In this document: positions 54,928 to 64,000 of the stretch, one piece after another | Layout: each line of letters begins with the position of its first letter | Numbering within the stretch: the first letter of the stretch is position 1 | Origin: Eledone cirrhosa | Taxonomy: Eukaryota | NCBI GenBank assembly: GCA_964016885.1 | Contig: OZ024743.1 | Coordinates: 62,806,001 to 62,870,000 of the forward strand | Reading direction: 5' to 3' | Length of the DNA stretch: 64,000 nt | Made by a program: the position numbers and the translations under genes | Notes under the pieces: generated by a model | Told to the model about the DNA's origin: nothing | The model's input: only the letters and a program-made list of their open reading frames with translations | Databases searched by the model: none

Positions 54928-57804
54928 AATGAGGTCACAGTTAAAGTAAGTTGATTTATACGAAAACTTGGATATGCTATTGTTACAAAGCAAACTAACA
55001 ATTTTTTTTATTTGTAGTTGCAGTCTGAATGGACTGGAAACCATCTACTACAATTCACTTACTCATTTGTTGTATATATTTTACCATTTACTCATAAATA
55101 TACCCTCTCGCATGGTCATGAAAACCCTCTTCCGTGGCCTCTAAGCTCACAAAGCAGAGGGAACATCAAGTTAGATATCAACATTTATTCTGACCATTTC
55201 ATTAAAGGGAAAATTTGGAAAGCTTTGAAATGATATAATTGCCACTTTCTTCCAGATAAGAGCACTCTTGGGATAGACAGAGTTGCTCTTGTATAAATGT
55301 TCCAAATAGATGGCATCTCCTGGTGGGAATATAACAAATTCAACTGGTCCTTATTCATAAAAAAGAACATTTATGTTCCTTTTTTTGAAATTTATATATT
55401 TCCTTTCAAGGAATATATTTATACTCTCAGCTGTCTGCAATGGTATCTTTGGAATATTGTTAATCAATTTTTTAGTAATCTACTGATATCAAAATCAGTA
55501 GTATATTGAAAAATGGAAAAATAGGGTAGGGGCGTTTCGTGATTTCGAACCTGTGGTCTACAATCAATTACAGACCATTACTATCTCTCACTCACTATGG
55601 TCTCAGACTAACGACGAAAACTACTATGACGACTGCAACAAACTTTAACCACCAACAAACTTTATCTCGTCGCTCGCTGTTTTCATATCAACAACAAAAT
55701 AATATTGTCAACCTTCGCAACTCTTGGTAACTGTTTTATTGTATTTTTTTTTATTGAAGTGAAGTAAACCTTTATATATAAACTAAATCTTTATTCTTAT
55801 TATTCATGTTATTAAATCTAAAAACTTTGTTATAATCATTTCTAATAACCACATATAACAATAACTATTTCTTAATTATACCCTTCGTTAAATTGGTGAC
55901 TTGACGTTAAGAAAAATTAAAAATAATATGAAGTGGTATTTAAAAAAAAAAAAGAAAACCACGCAGCCTTTTGATCTGATCATGGCTTCTATTGCCAATA
56001 TCAACAACTTTCTCTTACCAAGCTTCTCATTTATATTCTACGATATGATAAAACTTCACTTTTTCAAATTATTCACCAAACTTCCATTCTACGGAATATT
56101 TACAGTGACTTCGCTTTTATGTTTCGATTAATTACCAAACACTTCACCACTTAATCTCCTCCTCCTTCTACAACAACAACAACAACAACAACAACAAACA
56201 AACAAACAAACAAACAAACAAACAAACAATACTACTAGCTTCCTAGCAAGAAAACATTCACATAAAGAAGAGAGAACTGAACTTTTTGTAAAGAACAATT
56301 ATATAAATATATATATATATTTTTTACAGGTTGTATATGAATGTCATTTTTTTTTTTTATTAGTTTTACTGTATTATATGCCTGTATGAATAACACTTTT
56401 TGCATCAAACACACATCATTTTCTTTGTCGTCACACACCAACATGTTTTTGTCTATGGTATATTCTGGATTCGGTTGGTTCTCTGGGGGGATCACTTTTC
56501 AACTGGTCAAGGTACGGCAAAATCTATTAAACACATGATAATCAACCCACGGTTACTACTCGCTCGACTCACTGAGCACTCAACTCAAAATTGCACACAC
56601 TCATGTCATAGCATAAACCTCGACTCACTGGAAGAGAATCTTACATATGATAATACATCGAGATTCAACTGGTCGAAGTTCGGCAATAGCTATTTAACAC
56701 ATGATAATCAACCCACGGTTACTACTCACTCGACTCACTGAGCACGCAACTCAAAATTGCATACACTCACGTCATAGCGTAAACCTCGACTCATTGGAAG
56801 AGAATCTTACGTATGATGATACATCGAGAGAAATAGTCCTCTGTGTTGTCATATCGTAATCCGATACCGTAACCCCAACGTCCATCCATACACAAGAGTT
56901 CGAAATACATGATTACAACTTTGTATTTTTACAGTTCCTTCTAAATGTAACACTCACACATGCATACACAGTTATACGATTTTTTTTTTCTCTCTCCAAA
57001 TTTCTCTACACTCGAAGTGCGGGCGCAGTACCCACATTTTGTGTGTTTTGGGACACGCTTCTAGGAATCAGATTTCGCTACCCCTTTTATAATCGATCGC
57101 TGCTCCTGCATCGCTCTGGGTAGGGAACTAATGTAGCGAAATCTGTCCGCCCCTTGAACCTTGGATGACACCTAGAGGTCAAATTCTAGGTCACCACCCC
57201 TTTGGTGTGAACAGGTTCAGGGTGGGAGACAGGAAGCGACAGGTATATAAGGCCTGCATCATCCTACTTTAGTCAGAGACATCGGAGCACCCCACTACAG
57301 AACAAGCTATGTGAAAGTTTCACCACTATCAACAGACCCCAGTGGTCTACAGAAAGACAGATAGATCGGAGCTCTACGATACACAACAAACTATGTAAAG
57401 ATTCACCGCTATCAACAGACCCTAGAGGTCTACAGAGATACAGAGCCCTACTACTACAGACCCGCTATGTGAAAGATATTCCGCTATCTACAAGCCACAG
57501 TGGTCTACAATCAATTACAGACCATTACTATCTCTCACTCACTATGGTCTCAGATACACGACGAAAACTACTATGACGACTGCAACAAACTTTAACCACC
57601 AACAAACTTTATCTCGTCGCTCGCTGTTTTCATATCAACAACAAAATAATATTGTCAACCTTCGCAACTCTTGGTAACTGTTTTATTGTACTTTTTAATT
57701 GATGCACGTGAAGTAAACCATATATAAACTAAAATCATTTATTATTGTTATTACATCTAACAACTGTTATAATCATTCTAACATACTCATAATTATACCC
57801 TTCG

Positions 57805-57839
<35 letters not shown>

Positions 57840-57840
<1 letters not shown>

Positions 57841-60800
57841 TAGAAAATGCCCCCCCCCCTCCATTGGACGGTGTTAGTTCTTGGTAGGACTACAGTCTTA
57901 ATGGTGAAATTCCGTTTTGTCGATGTTTAACATGGAGGATAATTTTACGTGATCAACTCTTTCAATAAAAAATGAGACGGTATTAAAAAAGAGCATGTTT
58001 TATTTACAGATATTTGTCATTAAAATGTGAAAATAGAAAAAAATGGAAATATCGTTTGGAATGTCGTTTAATTGACTGAATGGCTGAAGAATCGGTACAA
58101 AAAGCATAGACGACAGTTCGGTTGACATGAAGGCAATCAGTAAGAAACTACATGTTTAATTGAATTATGAAATAACCTGGGGCATGTAGAAAGCTGTCCA
58201 TTGAAATGAAAAAATGGTTGATTTCATCAATGTTGGAAGAGTAACATTACCTATTGTGAAAAGTAAGTAATCGCAATAAAGACCAACCTGAAGGGGCTTT
58301 CAACTCCACAGAAAAACTATTGGACATTTTTGTCAATCTTCCGGGAGCGTAGTAAAAGATATTGGTATAGACATCAGTTGTCCGTGTGAAAAGCATGGAA
58401 TACTGAGCTCCAGCACAACCCCTTTTAATGACAGCCCCTAGGCTTTGTTAATGGTCATTGCAAAACTTAATCGAATGGGGAATTGGACTCTTTTCATCGG
58501 AAAGACACAGTCAGTTAGAATAAGTGGAACTCTGGAAATAAAAACAGAGTCGCCAGCACCTTTTCCCGTAATGATTGTAGCCTCGAGAACGTCATCCAAC
58601 ATTTGCGTTATAACCAAGCGTGTACCATTGCAAAGCCGAGGAGATTCCAAGTTTCTCAAGAGTATGATGGAACTTCCAAGTCTTAGGCAGAGTTTATGCG
58701 GTGGCATTCCCGATGGCTCTTGTGAGTTTAAAAACTCTGTTGGATAAAACGTTACTTGCGTCGGATCCGTAATCGAATCAATCGAAGCATAACATCGCTC
58801 TTGGGAAGGAAGTTTACGAAGCAGACATGTGTTAAGAGCTTGGACGGTGGCATTTGTAGGAGCTAAGATGGCCCTTTGACACATCCATTGATGACTGACG
58901 TAATTTGTTGAGAGGTCGAGGTAAACTCTTGTGCAAATGTCCTCAAGGCTAGAGACGTAGTTACCGATGGTACTTATGTCAACCAAACTGTTTACGTCGA
59001 TTGGTAAGTTCCAATTACCAACATCCAATAACTTTGAAGTAAAGTAATTGACACCGTCTTGTTGGTGGAGAATCGATCGCATGTTGATGGTTAACTTTCT
59101 CGACTGGACGAAGCGCCAAAGATGAGAATGTTTAATGCAAGCATCTATTTCATCAACTGGTTGGCCTTTTGGGACAATGGGAAGAGTTTGACGAAAATCC
59201 CCAGCAATAAGCAGAACGACGCCACCGAACGATTTAGAGTTGGAGCGCAGGTCTTGTATCGTTGTATTGATTGCATCAAGTGCATTCTTGTGGGACGTTG
59301 TTGCCTCGTCCCAGACAATCAATTTGCATTTTTGAAAGACAGCAGCCTCATCAGAATTCTTCTTTATATTGGTGGTCGGATTTTCAACATGACCGATGTT
59401 AAGGGGAAGCTTAAATGTTGAATGGACTGTTCTACCGCCGTCTAGCAGTGTTGCTGTTATTCCTGAAGACGCCATTGCAATGGCAATCTGTCCACGTTGG
59501 CGAACTTTGGCAAGAAGGAGGTTGAGGATAAATATCTTTCCTGTGCCACCAGGCTCATCAAGGAAGCGGATGCCACCGCTGGTGTCTTCAAGCATGGTCA
59601 AAACAAAAGTATAGACATCAGCTTGTTCAAGATTCAAAAGTTTTTCTCTTTCTTGAACGTAGGTCAGAAGCCTGGCAGCATCGTAGCATGTCTCTCTTAC
59701 TAGGGGGCGGTTACAAACAGCCTCATTTTCTCTTTTAGGGGATTCCATACAGTAGTTCTTCAAGGGACGGCCACTCATTACCCAAAGTATATCTTCTAGA
59801 AATATGAGACCGCAGTTGTATATTTCAGGTGTAAACTGTAAATTCATGTGTGTGAACGCGAAGCGAAATTGCATTAGAATGTCCGAGCACATGCTGTCGC
59901 GATATTTATCCCAGAAAGACTGTGGATTCCAAAGACTGCAGTACACCAGCATTACGGCGAAAAGCTTACGAAGAGCAATTGGTGACTGCAACATTGATGC
60001 TTCATGGAGGGCGTGGTCATAGTGGTTCTTCATTGTCGAGAAGACCTAATTTGGAGCAGGCCTCTTTAAATGTTGAACAAATATGGCCATTGACGGTACG
60101 AAGGTCTTCAAAGGAAGTTGGACCTTTGACAACGTGCAATAGAAGACGAAGGTGAAAGCATTCTGAATTCAGCAGGTGAACTGTGTACACTCTTGAAAGG
60201 GAATCAGACTCACGCATCGAAGCATCCCTTTGTGAAATGCGTCCTCGCTTTCTTCTTTGCCAACAGCGGGAAGATTTATTCCACGTGTAGAATGTAGACA
60301 ACTCTGCATAAAGAAGTGTTCTGGCAAGAGAGTCAGAAGTACAAAGTTCAAAGAATCCGTTAAGGGTCGTTCTTCCAGGTTGTCTTGCACAGTCAAGCAT
60401 ATTTTCTTAGTTAAAATACACCCGTTGACCATTCTCCAAATGAACACTGAGGTGAATAACTGCAGGTTCACGTTCATGGATCGGAAAACCGAATATGCAT
60501 CAAAATGCCTCCTTAGAAGAGATGTAGCGTCCAGTTTGGAAAAACGTGATTTCATCTGTGGCGGCATCAGGGTTATCGGTCTTAGCCAACTCAATAACTG
60601 CTCGATCGGCTCCCTTATGAACATACTTGCAGATGTATTGGATTGATTTTTCGGAGTTGCAGAATTTAACATTAATGTGGGCTGAAAACATTTTACAAAG
60701 CACCTTGTTATGTGGTACAACCCATCGGTTGTCTATACTGAAATCTTGACCACCAACCATTGTTATAGTTGCCGTATGTCCACCCTCCTGCGGTGCCCTG

Positions 60801-63507
60801 CGACGGTATAAAGGTAGCCATCATCACCAGTTTTGGTTTCATGGATAAGTTTACGTGGGTAACGCTTTGTACATTTCCCATTATCCATACATGCAGATTT
60901 TGGATTTAGGTGGCCACATGGATCATGTTGGCTTTTATAATTTGAAAAGGGACAGGGTCTTCTTGAGGATTTGGCAATTCAGCACTTATAACGAAATCAA
61001 CATCAGTTGACATGAGTTTTTTTTTAAGCCAAAGGCGAATATGGCCATGTGGGAGTCCTCTCTTCTGTCATTCTACTGTGTACATGAAACACCTTACTGG
61101 TCCAAAAAGTTTTCCGTATTTTATAACATCCATCATTTTCATAAATTTTAGGTGAAACACTCTAGATGTGATATCATGCCTGTGTGAAGGATTTTGGCCA
61201 TGAAGTAAGTGAGACTGGATGTCAAACCATTTTGGATTGCATGTGAAGATGATGAAAAGATCAGGACGGCCACAAAGGCGGACATAGGTGAGAGCATCCT
61301 GCATTTTTTCATGCTTGTAACGAGGGCCTCCAGTGTATGACGATGGGAGAATGACAGAAAGCCCAGCATCCGAAGCAATAACCTGATCATTTCGGGTGAC
61401 TTCGTTACGTAGATTGCCGTATTCTTCTGAACGCAGTTCCTTTTGATGGTGTCTTATCCATTGGAGGCGTTCAGTGTCAATCTGGAAAAGGAAGAAATTG
61501 TTGTGGTAAATATTGAGTGAACTGGCTAAGGAAATTTTCTGAACGAAATTATAAAATAAGAAATAGTTACCTTAGCAAATACGTCTACACAGTTTTGATT
61601 GAGGAGCATCCGTGTTCTATGCAGAATGTTGATGTCGTTTTTGCGAACCATAAGCCTAAATGCATAAAATTTAATTTGTGAAATGGTTTTCCGTGGTTGA
61701 AGATGCATTAAAGTTACCGGATTACACTTTGGCAAGTCAATGCGGTGGCCATCGTCGCCAAAGGGGAACAGTAATGGATATTGGAGGGCATCATATGCAG
61801 CATGAAGTTCATTTATTTTTTGAAGACGCGAGTCCTGCCATTCAAGAACAATATCACGGTTTGAAGCATTCTCATTAGGACTTGTTATAAGCATCGCAAC
61901 TTCATCGGTTTGGGGTCTGTTAAAGCAACCCTGATACTGCCCTGGTGGAGCGCGGCCACCTCGAATGATAACCTTGAATTGATTGGTGTTAGCATCTCTA
62001 CGCTGAAAAGCAGTTTTGAAAATGGTGACGTAGGGGTTTATGGTATGAAGCATATATTGAAGGGGCTGCAGAAAAAAAGGTATTGTTCCTTTAGCAACTG
62101 AAGCTCTTCGTACAGTTTCTTCAGGTCCGTTCCCCATAAAGTAAATCTGGAGAAAACTGTGTTCATCGCCATCTTGTGGGATAAGGGAGCCAATTTGATG
62201 GTAAATTTGGCCTTGCACTTTGAATGTGGGCATATAATTTCCATGTTTTATTGGTGTATGACCAAAGCTTGTCCTTTGGAAAGCCGAATTGTAGGCTCTT
62301 ATATTTCTAAGAAAGTGTTTAGAATCAGAGTGGTCTCCAAGCAGCAGAGAATTCAAAGGTTCGGCACCGACTTGTAAATGAGGCAATCTAACCGTTCCAT
62401 TGGAGCAGCATATACCGGTAGATTCTGCTGGCCACCTCATTGCGTTACAATGGACGCAAACAGTTGACATGTTACCAATGATGATATGTGGGTGGGATGC
62501 GTAGTCCTCTTGGAGGCTGTAATGAAAAGCCTTCTTAGACCAGTAACAGGAAGAAACCCTCGGAAAGACATGAGAACGCATTTTCCGTTGAGAATCAGCC
62601 GCAAGCCTTGTTGCCTTTTGGTCAACAGTCTCTAAAGCACGGCTATTTGAAGTAGAAGCAGCATCGCAAGCAAGCCGGAGTTCTGCTTGTTCAGCAGTCT
62701 GTAATGCTCTGGCCTTCGAAGTAGAAGTAGCATTGCGAGCGAGCCGGAGTTCTGCTTGTTCAGTTGTCTGTAATGCTCTGGTGATCGAAGTAGAAGCAGC
62801 ATTGCGAGCACGCCGTAGCATACATTGTTCTTCTGTCTCGCTTGCGCGCAAAGAACGCAAAGCAAAAGCATTTCTTGTTTTTCTCCCAATGTGACTCTTG
62901 CTTTTTCGAGGCATTCTATGGAAAATCTGTAATTGAATAAATCTGAAACAAATCATTAACTGTCAACCAGAGACTGATATACTACAGAACCTATTGTAAA
63001 TGTTCAATAAGCTATAAAGAAAATATCATTACTAACTGACTGATCACCGAGAAGAAATTGTAAAACACAATGCTGTAAATGTTATGTATATGTCGTTAAG
63101 GAATTGTCGCTTACAGCAACTATATTCCATGACATCGGCAATCAAATTACTGAGTACAATACTTGTCTACCTTGTAGGTTCTAGAAGTATTACAGTTCAT
63201 CAGTGCTAATTAATAAAAGAGTCTTGTAATACACAATATACAGCGTCATCTAAAGTGGTTATGTTTCTTTTATAAAAACATCTCGCATCCTCCTTTAGCA
63301 ATGTGTACAATTTTAAGAGATCGGGTGAATAATACGCAAGTTATAATACTTTACATACACAGACAGAACGGGACTCGATCTCATCGAAAATCTGTAATTG
63401 AATAAATCTGAAACAAATCAAATCAAAGAAATTTACCTGGTTGCTGTTTATAGGACTTCTAATGAAGATTTTGAATGCAAAGTCTCATAGGATTAGAAAA
63501 AAGGCGA
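57840..63507 (-). mobile_element. Helitron with autonomous-type structure, decayed
   Basis: 3' CTAG|T at 57840-57843 with degenerate subterminal hairpin (cc.tcc att ggacgg), RepHel gene, candidate 5' A|TC at 63507 (uncertain). Confidence 0.9.
58290..62914 (-). pseudogene. Helitron Rep-PIF1 helicase (RepHel) with an 89-nt intron
   Basis: MPRKSK start at 62914; 4 x 23-aa STPR-like repeats; CVHC..CCSNG; PDLFIIFTCNPKW; VE*QKRGLPHGH; YICKYVHKG; GGTGK, WDEA, GDFRQTLP, FAMTINKA. Intron at 61482-61570. Confidence 0.92.
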
Positions 63508-63579
63508 TATATATATATAAATATACCTGTAAACATATGTATGTATTTATCTATGCATGTATGTATATATAAAATATAT

Positions 63580-64000
63580 CTTAGTCTTAGTCTTCGGCGC
63601 ATCGAGCAGTAAGCACTCGCCAACGGTCACGATCAGCGGCAACTTTATCGAGACCGTGCCGTGATGTTGGCTGCCATCAGGTCCTTCCGGAACGTTCGTC
63701 GCCAGGTGTTCCTTGGGCAACGCCGCCTCCGTTTACCGCCAGGCGGAGTCCAGTTCATCGCTGTTTTCGAATGCCGTTCATTTGGCAGACGCAGAATATG
63801 GCTAGCCAGACGGCACCGACGCTCCGTGACCACTCTCTGTAGCGTCCACAACTCAGCTCTCCGCAGAATCTCCTCGTTTCGCACTCGGTCGCGCCAGGAC
63901 ACACGAAGGATCTTTCGCAGGCCCCGCTGGTGGAAAGCGTTCAGCCGTCTCTCTATTTTTGCCGTACTCTTCCAGGTCTCGCTCGCATAAAGCACTGTCG
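63580..64000 (-). mobile_element. 3' end of a different RTE-group LINE, running off the window
   Basis: LYASETW..RLNAFHQRGLRKILRVSWRDRVRNEE..HILR..WTPPGGKRRRRCPRNTWRR; short (GACTAA)n tail at 63580-63594. Confidence 0.9.

Larger units (their letters stand above)
52875..55555 (+). mobile_element. hAT (Charlie/Buster-type) DNA transposon, internally deleted, inserted in the 5' LTR
   Basis: Perfect 8-bp TSD gtctacaa (52867-74, 55556-63); imperfect TIRs caaaggttctaaa / tttcgaacctgtg; transposase relic inside. Confidence 0.9.
52487..57809 (+). mobile_element. non-autonomous LTR retroelement (probably Gypsy-derived), LTRs ~680-720 bp
   Basis: 5' LTR = 52487-52874 + 55564-55892; 3' LTR = 57132-57809. 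Termini tgtagcgaa/ttcgtta(a/t)a. PBS tggtgacttgacgt at 55894 resembles the tRNA-Trp complement. Purine-rich tract gggtagggaa precedes the 3' LTR. ~1.24-kb internal region lacks gag/pol. Confidence 0.88.

Noticed and set aside
55080-56520. Short ORFs inside the hAT 3' region and LTR internal region
   Set aside because: No recognisable motifs; I cannot support a product call without a database search.

Overview
AT-rich eukaryotic DNA made almost entirely of nested transposable elements and very long (TA)n/(TATACA)n arrays. I found no host protein-coding gene, rRNA, tRNA gene or CRISPR array. The SINE types, RTE families and microsatellite style suggest a cephalopod (octopus-like) genome; this is inference. 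In order: a 5'-truncated R4/Dong-type retrotransposon with a 15-bp TSD; a higher-order tandem repeat; a near-intact RTE LINE plus decayed relatives; two Naiad-type Penelope-like elements with hammerhead-like motifs; two CR1-group LINE families; tRNA-derived SINEs; a 213-bp-arm foldback element; a CRE fragment; a non-autonomous LTR element split by a hAT transposon; an intron-containing Helitron; and a GC-rich RTE 3' end. The strongest leads are: (1) a C4HC3 PHD finger inserted inside the RT domain of the RTE LINEs; (2) a G_GGA_AAC slippery site linking CR1 ORF1 to an ATG-less ORF2 in the -1 frame; (3) three orphan histone 3' stem-loops, two differing by a compensatory base pair, inside a palindrome split by the CR1; (4) a variant hammerhead ribozyme at the Penelope 3' end; (5) repeated insertion of unrelated elements into TA/TACA arrays. 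All long Y/I/H/T and Y/I/C/M/V ORFs are microsatellite artefacts. Coordinates were read by eye and may be off by a few bases.
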